A DNA stretch of 64,000 bases, taken from Candidatus Omnitrophota bacterium. GTDB taxonomy: Bacteria; Omnitrophota; Omnitrophia; Omnitrophales; Aquincolibacteriaceae. The stretch covers positions 338,679 through 402,678 of the forward strand of contig JAKLIQ010000001.1 in the NCBI GenBank assembly GCA_022709525.1, given 5' to 3'. A program made the position numbers and the translations under genes. The notes beneath the pieces were generated by a model. It did no database searches. It saw nothing but the letters and a program-made list of their open reading frames with translations, and was not told the DNA's origin. Below are positions 10,901 through 17,920 of the stretch, piece after piece. The number at the start of each line of letters is the position of its first letter. Position 1 is the first letter of the stretch.

Positions 10901-13900
10901 AATTTGAGAGGATTTTGGGATTTATGGCAACCAATACCGTGGCCCATGTTGGTATTGGGAATTGGAGAAATCTTGGTCAGGCAGGGGGAGGATTTGTCAC
11001 CGTCCAAGGACAGCCTGATATTGTTGATACAGCCATTCCAAAAAAAGAAAATGAAAAAAACGGATTTTTAGCTGATCGAGATATTAATCTGTTTTCAACT
11101 TTTATTAATGTTCTGAATTATGCAACCCTTCTTTACGCGATCTCCGACAATATTACAATTGAAGACCAACCGCTTATCTCATGGGATGAGGTGCAGTCTG
11201 TTTCAAGGATGGAAGAAAGTTCAATGACGATTTTGAAACAGCGTTTGGCAAAACTCAGCATTGAACAAGAGCAGGAGATCGTTCGTAATTTTATGAATCT
11301 TTTGCCTTCGGAATATGTTTTAAAGTCGGAAGATGTTCCGAAAGAGGAAGGTTCGAAAGAGTTTGTAAAGAAAGAATTTATACAATGGGAACAAATTAGC
11401 GGAATGTGGCATGGCGCAATTGAAAAAAGAATAAAGGAACGACATGCTCAAGAGAGAGTCCCCGTGCAATGGTCTAAGCCTCTAAGCTATGCAAATGCAG
11501 ATATAAGCTTAAGAGAATTTTCCATTCTTACTCAGCGAGGCGTTCAGGAGTCCGTTCCGTTATTTGCAGAGGTAAAGTCTGTTGTGGATTTATATGCTTT
11601 TCAGCCGCTTGTGCAGAAAGGAATAAAAATTTTAGCGGATAAAGATGTTTTAAGTTCAGAAGTCGGGCAGGATGCCGTGCGGCCTTCCAAGGGTATGGTT
11701 TTAAGAATCAATTCCGAGACTGCCGCGCGACAGCAACTTGCTTCTTTTGCCGCTAAGGGGGCACAGGTCTATTTGGGAAAAAATTTGGTATTTGAAAAAG
11801 GAGCTGAGCTCATTATTACCATCAAGGATTTTCATCGAGGCGTTAGCCTTAAAATAGGCGATAACGCGACATTTTATGGTGACGTTTTATTGCATCTTAA
11901 AGGAGGAGCAGTTGTTGATATTGATAGCGGCGCACAGGTTGGCAGCCCCCTTCTTTCCAGATTAAGATTAACGCTCGAAGATGGCTATTGGCTTCACATT
12001 GAAAGAGAAGCCATGCAAAAAATACTAGAAATGCTGGAACAGAAAGACAAAAAGATTGGAACTGAAAAAGTTGTTGAGCAATACAAAGATTTTGTAACCA
12101 CTAATTTTTTAAGCAAGGCTCGATTTGTTCGACTTCTCGTTGATGCTCTTGCAAATAGTAAAGAGATTAATGAGAATCTGAGAAAAAATGCTGAAGAGGC
12201 AGCTAGGGGAATTGATGTATTTGAAAAAAGGTCGGAACCAAATGCTCGCGCGGAAATGCGGACGCAGCAGGAAGAAGTGCCGGCGGAAGTGGCGCGCCTG
12301 ATCGATGGCGAGATCGTGCCGAAACTGGAGAGGCAGGCGGGCATTATCGAAAGTTTCAAGTCCGGAGAAACCAGTATTGCGAACCTGGCGGTAACCTTTG
12401 ATAAATCGCGTTTACGCGGGATAGCGGGTGAAGTCTATCAAAAGATCTCCAATGCCATTCCGCAGGGGAGCAGCGTTTCAGCCCAAAGTCTTTTTAGTTT
12501 CTTCTATTCGGCCCGTTCAGAAGACGAACATCATCTCGCGGCGCTTTATGCGGCCAATTTAGCCGAAGATAACGACCGTTTGGAGGTCCTTAATTCCGAA
12601 AGGCGGATCCTCTCCCAGGAGCCCATCAATTCAACGATCCTTGCGAGAAAAGAATTCGCCGAAGCTTACGCCAAAAAACTTTTCCTTCTCTTCTCCCACA
12701 ACGCCAAGGGGGAAAGCATTGCGTCAGCCATATACCGCGTTCTTCAGCGCTACGAAATGATAACCCCCGTGAACGTAAGCGCTCGGGACGTTGAGATCGT
12801 CGTTTTAGCTAACCTTCTTCGAAATATGCTTACACCCCAGCAGCTTGAAAAGGTAGCCTGGGACACCCTTATGGAAGAAGCGAGCGCTCTTTTCAACGAG
12901 ATCCAGCGGGTCACTTTCAATTGGAGCGATCTTTCGGCCGAAGCCAAACGCTCGGAAGTCCGGGATACGATTTATGAAGAGGTAAATGACCGGGCGAAAG
13001 AGATCGTAAATATTATTCGTGGGATCGAACAAAATGGGGAACTTAAATCTGTTGAACCCATCCAGCAACACGTGATGGCGCTGCAATCACTTTTTTTAAA
13101 CGGCAACCGGGGTGAGGATATAGCCCGGCAGTTGAGGTCGAAAGCCCCAGCCCTTTCCATCGGCGGTCTTGAACAGATCGCAGGTTATATGACCGCAGCC
13201 TGGCTTTTAGCCAGTTTTTTTGATGAACAGCTTAGAGTATGGCAAGGAAATGAGGACGTAAGACGTGATTGGCATTCCGTTTCCACTCGCGAAGTTCCCG
13301 ATCTTATAAAAGGCATCAACTACGCGTTTGTTCACGGGAAGGTTTTTAAGACTTTTGATTGGATGTCCTCCTTAAATGCAGATAGTTATGACCATGATAA
13401 AGCCATGAAATTTTTCTATAACGCGTTAGTGGAATGGGGGATCGTTGCGCCTTTTTCTTTCCAAAACGCGAAAGGCATTGTCAGGCCTGAATCCATTGTT
13501 TTTTCTCTTTTAAGTTCGGATCATATTTCCACTTTTTCTCAGAAAAAGTTCTTTGAAGAATTAAACGGGCGCTTGGCCAGTCCGTACTTTCCGTTAAAGG
13601 ATTCTGTCAAATTGTGGGTACGCACGCCTCGACCGGAAGCGCCTTACGCTTTTGAAGTGTTGACTCTAAAGACGTCATCTTTTGTTGATTCTGGAACCGA
13701 AATATCGCCGGTGAAATTTTTTGAACAAGCTATCAGTCAGTTGAAGACCAAGCAAATTAATGATATTAAAGACCTCAATGAATTGCTTGCTCGCGTGATG
13801 CGTGTTGGGATTGTCTATGCCGGCCGGTCGGAATTGAGGGAATCAGCAATTTCAAAACAGACCACAGATCAAAAATCACAGACTGTAGCTCAACTTTCAA

Positions 13901-14721
13901 GATTTGGCTCTCAATCCTCGGAATGGGTGGGAGGAGAAGCGGCTTCGATGCTTCCTAAAATCCAGAATTCCCTTTATCCAAGTTATAGTGAAGTTCAAAC
14001 GGACGTTATGGTGATCCGTCAGCTTTATCAGGAAGAATATCTTTATAAAAAAATTGTCAGATATTTTCGCTCCGGCATCATTCCGTTAAAACTTTGGAGC
14101 GCCCTCCGGAAGGCGGGCGCGCTTGGCAGGACCGTGATCGAACGCATCGCCGGTATTTCTTTCGCGGATGCAGCGAAAACCGGATCGGCCGTTCACGAAG
14201 CTACTTTGGCCGATCTGCCAAAGTCGTTCAAAGAATATCATAGGTTCAACCTGGCTCAAGGCGTCTTGCTTTCGATGGATAAGGGAAAGATCGCCGATGG
14301 CTTGATTTTCAGCCGGAAGTTCGCTTTTAGTCGCGGCGCAATCGCGGCAGCTCGTACGGTCTTAGGCGATGTCCCCTTGGCGATGGTGAAGGCCGGTATG
14401 AGCGCGAGGGAAATCCAATTTGTCGAAAATCTTAACCTTCAGTTTAAAAAAGCCGGGCGCAAACAGGCCGAAATTTTTCTCGCTGAGACACCCGAACAAG
14501 CATTGCAGTATCTGCGGGCGAACAAAGCAACCCGTCTGAGGGCGCTTTTTGACGAGAGCGAGGAGAACGATTCTCTGGCTATAGCCCTTAAAAACCAGCT
14601 GCCGGATATCCAATTCGTCAGTAATGCCGAGTTCCAGAGCTTCCTCGGCTACGCCGGCACCGAGATCCAGAAACTGGTCGCCAATGTCCAAGGCCAGTTC
14701 GCCATCCGTAGAGCTGCGTAA
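1999..14721 (+). CDS. Giant secreted/membrane-associated protein of unknown function (4240 aa)
   Basis: One stop-free reading frame of 12,723 nt. N-terminal signal-peptide-like segment (KTYIAALTVFAFFFTNLGITPDALAAA). Hydrophobic helix clusters near aa 800-850 and 1535-1600. Pro/Tyr-rich segment with an internal lipobox-like LAAGC near aa 1840-1890. Recurrent RSExR motif. Coiled-coil-like stretches. No recognisable catalytic motif. In-frame palindromic repeat insertions at 2521-2612, 3008-3079 and 3424-3562. Confidence 0.85.
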   Translation: MNQRNPFKTYIAALTVFAFFFTNLGITPDALAAASMPTPRNISGNQAEVLLPYQARLDSSIGFSIPSELGSIEYFRPGKGPALIHIQTAHGHYQAQKQIQQILHHLDKNYGVKTLFLEGSGFELNPELIRFFPDDHALTMKAADELTKRALLKGPELFLLDKLFESSQTIKQKTTDHRPQTTAKDFGLQSPVSSLQSSEGVRAFGIEELKSYRENGVDFVNVLEAKQKTQNFLADMDMGIERLSSHYLNKDLRGFLKRLEAFEKNQIPFEDWLTYLKGEAAKRLEMDLSQAQYQIDWPMMVRIFKIRELTSKLDRQKFSKERDEFLKTIRKYLSKNWDSHLGTRSSTRNQNESLVPSPESLYGEIERLLRSEQASVQLPDPETSLLFEDMVRQLPEDFDYEKYPNVRYFIGMLLLQSELKAQMLMEEMDRLVEKISVKLADAPEEQKLLVLLKDYRLLQKLFALELLPKDYEAIIGTRDLHLGTRLKPSNICARFNEIGKWQAGNEKTRNSNEPLVPSDESRVRRVEFKHVEDLDVLFNKALAFYAGVKERDLKMEQRIEERLKETGAQKAVVITGGFHSQPFRDHFTNKDFSYALISPKLTTTDTKGREEYIQNTLRFTLKSTKESVYPADPEVLRPENRYGLDQAAMRAEIRQIISEVAGQPQTKDLEAARKLVDKAFQQAAKEAGLLYDPQVDEAEARDLAQWLTVTPKNIPFSQILQDVRDWFAGAERKQKLESISVPTLDVLATAIPQDAGKGSEAVSQSRATDLQKEPEGMTALDILKGIGFVLGVNVAYLGVILIIAAIPTVIVLTSAVALGGYLAYQAFLWAQETYQKISEGIRSLPQNIADKKQSLSLMLKTWSQIFKHFSAETSGKFNYDEFAEQVHKEKIRIGQRITVYPKKGDLISGRFHYLNNATGYLSVSSVSTASEQIISQIHKDDIAFIDVPRDVTRSEARVAIMVINDAVWFGMDAASKAISIDDLKAALRESDRDYISVQRDGVWHSVSKVFVYRHLRFYEKDIQKISKIKQKTFEPGKKKLIPKKIAEIFHQALAEQSDLTAKLIAAMGSAYSPKTDVLKSRRVSLTEIYKNAIAKLERELAKLESSLTSEERSAVIDRIDVHVKVAGYDGKPRGNPPHRTDYKVAFALRDKKEPRKTSSMDVINELFAGIDNHHYPDRDFLWTFSQGGRLGDVYRHVRGELASRLEWFGLLPNSLFGSDERSVYVNNVINNIEVDFTIHGFAWPSNYALNYEVFFAPRSEAREFSDVKTTQELGEFMAPVIAQVTERIKTSEPFQASNISKNLIEAGLYDPLPGDKQHAFEELGKQDTLDKTAYFMGLQMYWAIARAPDLEKAKELAGTVDAYAQSRSEARSAVNEGAMHEAARNMGYQDLKEIAVSHGENTIPNIDEFLAYLNTFETDQTQAREEWFVKWIMEFRIIEKLKQFIGEHVAKGDAKAFAKAEAAFQALQKINATGQRILAKANQTAQTIRTLQDLHAMLSEAKTAISEVKASYHLEEEAGRQESRSEMRVKRTEMIRDVLFRVGIAVPVVAIAGGFVYLAITHTAPVFLFQASLTLLITMGFIALATTWLNHLFDLVHQKFPTENRRLSTPEVWLMETFGIKLNFGRLSGLIGLMLRPLTPSVSAQDQKLKKLPDQTMGVWPSNEGKPRFENHDFSKRALPIILAGAFGATAASAQQIQITYPPMDPPYGANMTLTHTNKVAPQDVWVTAFAYWKTSLVESTAIVTTKVYDALFKTNDPSTTVYSIKPAIFSNASPVFFYGDKSETPVVSGGSLPSTETNVLPKNPSAADLLKLRTDFEREQKVKAKALEKNRSELRGKFAKSIILGIIALAAGCATAPAPYGYRPAVPYGYPYSITPSWKPPVPKRINIPKAPPMPPAGINIRPRSEIRTTVRIEVPEDVPPEKTIARFVLDQLGKPLNESGDQVTLVDILQGKAILTIFTNTGEFIFDPRAQSLSAFNQPAGEALAIEFQFRSELRNFHVQEVRLDVGDLNKLSVEEREEAIAKKIKDGKTRIYLGTSIENDRLQWDMDRDISAAHGLVRDARVLAVSLQKIGIPVHMEFLKLPLEVRNDGTWSFIEYDYYFAVGEDHAEILKRFILRLRALANASTLGDQGYVRLPEGILTDEIERFTEEYIGRSETRALPSVEKLIGKIEAALKAFAILSKTIDKGVINMWAKGLYKNMEPWVREAYDDLVKLIGEKAQKSDEQGVRDAINQVEKIFLAERRFLKAIFDSVPEEEVWLFTEFIALIWDEHSDISNALADASMKFEKNNSAFSLELSNKADDTRPSLSDAQDPDDGPAPASAEPSTAPRSEMRSLLVVQMPTTMHPEFALSTFIMNAMKEHNLKRQDERGNILFEIYVNMRDGQRMLYTDFIKSKLHSSDELSAIYNIQNIEFVSTPSFQINTPKDLPEVIIALEKDAEKLNNLPMAAWKSLKDEVLSHAEIFLNIAENLAGTDLERKERQVVFLQILKGIQTMIALPFLADQEDTKAKKMAQRITNLWFLIGDELEQARLDGIKKAAEKRYGRPIDVKKLKNEMGSAHVAFDKTSNTLEVEDLPTDIWSPYPADRMVSTYLSPAILRHLLEGLSLSVDVAGDMVLPSKVGSISIQKLEVLIKEAIDKTVEDKAKKDGIGDPSKIEKLKADPVARFNALVKLENDVRKSPDEAIRVMHSQGVTTITEAVFVEFMGDFLAAMLLLKTAQNWQFKKEGFEANHVLLENIQKTLSLSQIGLEDIALRLVSLNIPLNIIEQVIQGKMNNLEKFEAQGNVIVMKGGVVEVLAAGGKAARWRSSLVPLLKNKIIEDDVAANRNDLPRALAAYWYGDFSSGGGTGISLAMDNLTHLAQRGYPVRLAYILSPHTWRTFMEATYGLLKRYNQKKAVKVPVEAIAQNTSRAWVIAGDEIKEEDRNVLGHGDVMGVVFAAIQGLKNGQVYAIPRSADGPTAQLGQKQFERILGFMATNTVAHVGIGNWRNLGQAGGGFVTVQGQPDIVDTAIPKKENEKNGFLADRDINLFSTFINVLNYATLLYAISDNITIEDQPLISWDEVQSVSRMEESSMTILKQRLAKLSIEQEQEIVRNFMNLLPSEYVLKSEDVPKEEGSKEFVKKEFIQWEQISGMWHGAIEKRIKERHAQERVPVQWSKPLSYANADISLREFSILTQRGVQESVPLFAEVKSVVDLYAFQPLVQKGIKILADKDVLSSEVGQDAVRPSKGMVLRINSETAARQQLASFAAKGAQVYLGKNLVFEKGAELIITIKDFHRGVSLKIGDNATFYGDVLLHLKGGAVVDIDSGAQVGSPLLSRLRLTLEDGYWLHIEREAMQKILEMLEQKDKKIGTEKVVEQYKDFVTTNFLSKARFVRLLVDALANSKEINENLRKNAEEAARGIDVFEKRSEPNARAEMRTQQEEVPAEVARLIDGEIVPKLERQAGIIESFKSGETSIANLAVTFDKSRLRGIAGEVYQKISNAIPQGSSVSAQSLFSFFYSARSEDEHHLAALYAANLAEDNDRLEVLNSERRILSQEPINSTILARKEFAEAYAKKLFLLFSHNAKGESIASAIYRVLQRYEMITPVNVSARDVEIVVLANLLRNMLTPQQLEKVAWDTLMEEASALFNEIQRVTFNWSDLSAEAKRSEVRDTIYEEVNDRAKEIVNIIRGIEQNGELKSVEPIQQHVMALQSLFLNGNRGEDIARQLRSKAPALSIGGLEQIAGYMTAAWLLASFFDEQLRVWQGNEDVRRDWHSVSTREVPDLIKGINYAFVHGKVFKTFDWMSSLNADSYDHDKAMKFFYNALVEWGIVAPFSFQNAKGIVRPESIVFSLLSSDHISTFSQKKFFEELNGRLASPYFPLKDSVKLWVRTPRPEAPYAFEVLTLKTSSFVDSGTEISPVKFFEQAISQLKTKQINDIKDLNELLARVMRVGIVYAGRSELRESAISKQTTDQKSQTVAQLSRFGSQSSEWVGGEAASMLPKIQNSLYPSYSEVQTDVMVIRQLYQEEYLYKKIVRYFRSGIIPLKLWSALRKAGALGRTVIERIAGISFADAAKTGSAVHEATLADLPKSFKEYHRFNLAQGVLLSMDKGKIADGLIFSRKFAFSRGAIAAARTVLGDVPLAMVKAGMSAREIQFVENLNLQFKKAGRKQAEIFLAETPEQALQYLRANKATRLRALFDESEENDSLAIALKNQLPDIQFVSNAEFQSFLGYAGTEIQKLVANVQGQFAIRRAA
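2521..2612. repeat. Heptamer tandem repeats (CAGACCA-type, then CCAGTCT x4) followed by a perfect 9-bp-arm palindrome, in frame inside the giant ORF
   Basis: ccacagaccacagaccgcagacgacagc ... ccagtctccagtctccagtctccagtct ... ccgaaggcg-ttc-gcgccttcgg. Encodes QTTDHRPQTTAKDFGLQSPVSSLQSSEGVRAFG. Homologous peptides and DNA occur at 13855-13925 and 18975-19058. Confidence 0.7.
3008..3079. repeat. GGGACTCG/CGAGTCCC nested-palindrome element inserted in frame in the giant ORF
   Basis: GGGACTCGcacctcGGGACTCGttcctcgacgagaaaccaaaaCGAGTCCCTAGTCCCTAGTCCCGAGTCCC. Same architecture as the intergenic copy at 23002-23075. Translated as GTRSSTRNQNESLVPSPES with no stop. Confidence 0.8.
3424..3562. repeat. 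GGGACTCG/CGAGTCCC element, larger copy with a 65-nt core, in frame in the giant ORF
   Basis: GGGACTCGGGACTtgcacctcGGGACTCG ... 65 nt ... cgaggaactcaaacgagcccCTAGTCCCGAGtgaCGAGTCCC. Translated as GTRDLHLGTRLKPSN...NSNEPLVPSDESRV. Confidence 0.8.
13855..13925. repeat. CAGACCA-family heptamer repeat copy, in frame near the C-terminal third of the giant ORF
   Basis: cagaccacagatcaaaaatcacagactgtagctcaactttcaagatttggctctcaatcctcg encodes QTTDQKSQTVAQLSRFGSQSS, parallel to the copies at 2521 and 18975. Confidence 0.55.
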
Positions 14722-14732
14722 CGATAAAGCAG

Positions 14733-14850
14733 TAGGTAGTAAGTAGTAGATGGTAGGTGGCAGACGGTGTGGCAAAGTCCGTTTTGCGCTTTGTTCACCA
14801 CATACTGCTTACCACATACTACCTACCAGTTTTTACTTCTCTCTTTCGAC
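14733..14850 (+). terminator. Long imperfect hairpin made of GTAG/CTAC repeats followed by a T-rich tract. Candidate terminator of the giant gene.
   Basis: gtaggtagtaagtagtagatggtaggtgg (14733-14760) is complementary to ccacatactgcttaccacatactacctac (14798-14827). Perfect 10-bp outer stem gtaggtagta/tactacctac. Downstream agtttttacttctctctttcg. Confidence 0.4.
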
Positions 14851-14908
14851 TTTCCTAGCTAGAATACCCCCAAATCTTCTAACCCTTTTCCAACTTGGGA
14901 CTTAGAGA

Positions 14909-16126
14909 ATGTTTCCATCCGTCAGCGAACAGCTAGGGGTCTTTAAGGAGAATCTGGTCGAGCTCATTTCGGAAAAAGAGCTTGTCACGAAACTCGAAGC
15001 TTCCTGTAAGAAAAATAAACCCCTTCGCATCAAATACGGGGCCGATCCCTCGGCGCCGGATCTCCATCTCGGGCATACCGTGCCGCTCCGTAAGCTTCGT
15101 CAATTGCAGGACCTCGGGCATACGGTCGTTTTCATCATTGGTGATTTTACGGCGCGGATCGGCGATCCCTCAGGGAAATCCGAAACCCGGCCCATGCTTA
15201 CCGAAGAACAGGTCCAAGCGAACGCTAAAACCTACCAGGAACAGGTATTCCGCATCCTCGATAAGAAAAAAACCGAAGTTCGCTATAATTCCGAATGGCT
15301 CGGCGCGATGCGGCCGGAGGATTTCTTAAAGCTTACCGCCCAATACACAGTGGCCCGGATCCTCGAGCGGGATGATTTCAGCAAACGTTACAAGGCCGGT
15401 CATCCGATAGCGCTCGTCGAATTTCTTTACCCGCTGCTTCAAGGTCATGATTCCGTGGAGATCGAATCAGATGTCGAGCTCGGGGGGACGGACCAGATGT
15501 TCAACCTTTTGGTGGGGCGCGAACTCCAAAAAGCGGATGGTCAGGAGTCGCAGGTTGTTATGACGCTTCCTTTGATCGAAGGGCTGGATGGCGTTCAAAA
15601 AATGTCCAAAAGCCTCGGCAATCATATCAGCCTGAAAGATACGCCGCGCGAAATGTTCGGCAAGGTCATGTCGATCCCGGATATCATGATGGAGCGCTAT
15701 TACCGCTATACGGCGGCGCTTCCGGTTAAAGAAGTCGAGTCGATCCTTGCGGGTCTGAAAAAAGGCGAGTTTCATCCGCGGGAAATGAAAGCCAAACTTG
15801 CCGAGCGTATCGTCTCGCTTTTCCATTCCGAAAAAGAGGGAAAAGAAGCGCGCGAAGAATTCGACGAGATCTTCAAGAACAAAGGCCTGCCGGATGAAGT
15901 CCCTACCGTCAAGATCAAGGAAAAGACGATCGATATCGTGAGTCTGCTTGTCGCCGCGCAGCTTGTGACAAGCAAATCCGAAGCCCGGCGCCTCATGGAA
16001 CAGGGCGGTGTCAAGATCGGCCACGAGAAGATCACGGACCCGAAATCGGTCATTACGATCGGCGATCCTTTCGTCCTGCAATGCGGTAAGCGCAAGTTTG
16101 CCCGCATTGAAAGTTATAGTGCTTAA
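14909..16126 (+). CDS. tyrS: Tyrosine--tRNA ligase
   Basis: Class I HIGH motif ([11 protein letters not shown]) and KMSKS motif (KMSKSLGN). 405 aa with a C-terminal S4-like region. Confidence 0.9.
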   Translation: MFPSVSEQLGVFKENLVELISEKELVTKLEASCKKNKPLRIKYGADPSAPDLHLGHTVPLRKLRQLQDLGHTVVFIIGDFTARIGDPSGKSETRPMLTEEQVQANAKTYQEQVFRILDKKKTEVRYNSEWLGAMRPEDFLKLTAQYTVARILERDDFSKRYKAGHPIALVEFLYPLLQGHDSVEIESDVELGGTDQMFNLLVGRELQKADGQESQVVMTLPLIEGLDGVQKMSKSLGNHISLKDTPREMFGKVMSIPDIMMERYYRYTAALPVKEVESILAGLKKGEFHPREMKAKLAERIVSLFHSEKEGKEAREEFDEIFKNKGLPDEVPTVKIKEKTIDIVSLLVAAQLVTSKSEARRLMEQGGVKIGHEKITDPKSVITIGDPFVLQCGKRKFARIESYSA

Positions 16127-16163
16127 TTCATGATATTTACGCTAAGCGCCCTTTGAGCGGTCC

Positions 16164-17147
16164 ATGAGCGATCATCATTCCGAAGTTCTAATCGATTTTC
16201 AAAATGTTTCCAAAAGGTATGGCGCGTTCCGGGCTCTTCGCGACGTTTCTTTTCAGGTCCGGGAAGGGGAGATCGTCGGATTTCTGGGCCCCAACGGCGC
16301 CGGCAAAACGACCGCTATGCGGATCCTTTCGGGATTTTTTCCTCCCACAAGCGGTCACGTCTCGATCCGAGGCGTCGATATGTCCAAGCATCCTCACAAA
16401 GCCAAGCAAGCCATTGGGTATCTTCCGGAGACGGTGAGTCTTTATCCGGACATGCGCGTGATCGAATATCTTCGATTTGTCGCAAAAGTCAAAGGCGTGC
16501 CGCCTCATGAACGATGGGGGCATATCAGGGCCAAGATGTCTTTTTGCGGGCTTCTGGAGGTCAGCCACCGCTTGATCGGAAAGCTTTCAAAAGGGTACCG
16601 CCAGCGCGTGGGGCTTGCCCAGGCGCTCATGGGCGATCCTTCCGTGTTGATCCTCGATGAGCCCACCACGGGGCTCGACCCGACCCAGATCAAAGAGATC
16701 CGCGAACTGATCCGCGCCCTGGGTCAAAACCGCGCCGTGATCCTCTCAACGCATATCCTTCCCGAAGCTTCCATGTTATGTAATCGCGTTTTAATGATCA
16801 ACCAAGGGGAGATCCTGGCGAGCGGTACGGTCCAGGAGCTTGCTTCTTGTTTGAAGAACCGGGAAGTCATTCATATCCGGATCAAGCACCGGGAAGACCG
16901 GCAACACGCGGTGGAGGCGTTGGGATCGATCCAAGGGGTCAGAGGATTGAGATCGGGAGAAGAAGCCAACGGAGAAACCTTCTTCGCTTTTGAATCCTTG
17001 CCTGACGAAGACCTGCGCCCCAAGATCACGAAACTTTTCGTGGAGCAGGGTATTTCGCTCGCCGAGATCCGGCGCGAACCTATGAACCTGGAAGAAGTTT
17101 TTCTAGGGCTTCTTGAGGAAGGGAAGCTCGGGAGGCGATTCTCGTGA
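16164..17147 (+). CDS. ABC transporter ATP-binding protein (GldA-like, ABC-2 type)
   Basis: Walker A GPNGAGKTT, signature LSKGYRQRVGLAQAL, Walker B LILDEPTTGLD. Followed by a translationally coupled permease. Confidence 0.85.
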   Translation: MSDHHSEVLIDFQNVSKRYGAFRALRDVSFQVREGEIVGFLGPNGAGKTTAMRILSGFFPPTSGHVSIRGVDMSKHPHKAKQAIGYLPETVSLYPDMRVIEYLRFVAKVKGVPPHERWGHIRAKMSFCGLLEVSHRLIGKLSKGYRQRVGLAQALMGDPSVLILDEPTTGLDPTQIKEIRELIRALGQNRAVILSTHILPEASMLCNRVLMINQGEILASGTVQELASCLKNREVIHIRIKHREDRQHAVEALGSIQGVRGLRSGEEANGETFFAFESLPDEDLRPKITKLFVEQGISLAEIRREPMNLEEVFLGLLEEGKLGRRFS

Positions 17148-17920
17148 GAAAGATATTTGCGCTCGCCCGGAAGGAATTCAGCGGCTGTTTCCACTCCTGG
17201 CTCGGCGTGCTGATGGCCGTGCTCTTTTTTCTCGTCTCCGGCATCTTTTTTGTGATCCTGGTGCTCAATTACGTCAAGATGTCGATGCATCCCGAGCAGT
17301 ACGGGCTCTCCCATTTTACGGGGATCAATCAAACGCATTTTATCTTCGGGTCTTTTTTCACCAATTTGAGCATTTTGCTGCTTTTTCTTGTGCCGATCCT
17401 CACGATGCGTTCTTTCGCCGAAGAAAAGAGGCAGGAGACGCTTGAGCTTCTTTTTACTTATCCCGTTTCGGACTTTGAGATCGTTGCCGGAAAACAGTTG
17501 GGGATCATGATCTTCTTCGGAGCGCTTCTTGCGCCGCTTTTGGGGTATTTGGCGGTGTTCCGCGGGATCGGCGGCGAATTTGACTGGGGGCCGGCATTGC
17601 TCGGTTTCGGCGGCTTTTGGCTGATCGGGACGGCTTATCTTGCGGCGGGGGTCTTTATCTCCAGTCTTACCCGGAGCCCGATCGTAAGCGCTCTCGGCAC
17701 TTTTAGCGTGCTTCTTGTTTTCTGGATCTTTGACTGGGTCAAGGATATCGCCGGCGGGCCTTGGGGGCGCGTTTTTTCGGAACTTTCGCCGCTTGCGCAT
17801 TACCGGAATTTCACGATCGGTATTCTGGATGTGCAGGACGCGGTCTATTTCGGGTTCTTTTTCTTTTACTTCGTCTTCTTAACGCTCCGCTCGATCGAAA
17901 CCAGGAACTGGAAAAGTTAA
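17144..17920 (+). CDS. ABC-2 family transporter permease (GldF-like)
   Basis: Six hydrophobic helices, 258 aa. Overlaps the ATPase stop by 4 nt and the next gene start by 1 nt (TAATG). Confidence 0.7.
   Translation: MRKIFALARKEFSGCFHSWLGVLMAVLFFLVSGIFFVILVLNYVKMSMHPEQYGLSHFTGINQTHFIFGSFFTNLSILLLFLVPILTMRSFAEEKRQETLELLFTYPVSDFEIVAGKQLGIMIFFGALLAPLLGYLAVFRGIGGEFDWGPALLGFGGFWLIGTAYLAAGVFISSLTRSPIVSALGTFSVLLVFWIFDWVKDIAGGPWGRVFSELSPLAHYRNFTIGILDVQDAVYFGFFFFYFVFLTLRSIETRNWKS

Noticed and set aside
14722-14908. T-box leader upstream of tyrS, and likewise upstream of ileS at 22997-23088
   Set aside because: No T-box consensus (AATTAGGGTGGNACCGCG) or specifier-loop architecture is present. The tyrS upstream region is a GTAG/CTAC palindrome, and the ileS upstream region is a copy of the dispersed repeat.
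17761-17919. ORF-track N-terminal extension of the gldG-like gene (start at 17761)
   Set aside because: It would overlap the ABC permease by about 160 nt in another frame. A coupled TAATG start at 17920, immediately followed by the first transmembrane helix, fits the family better.
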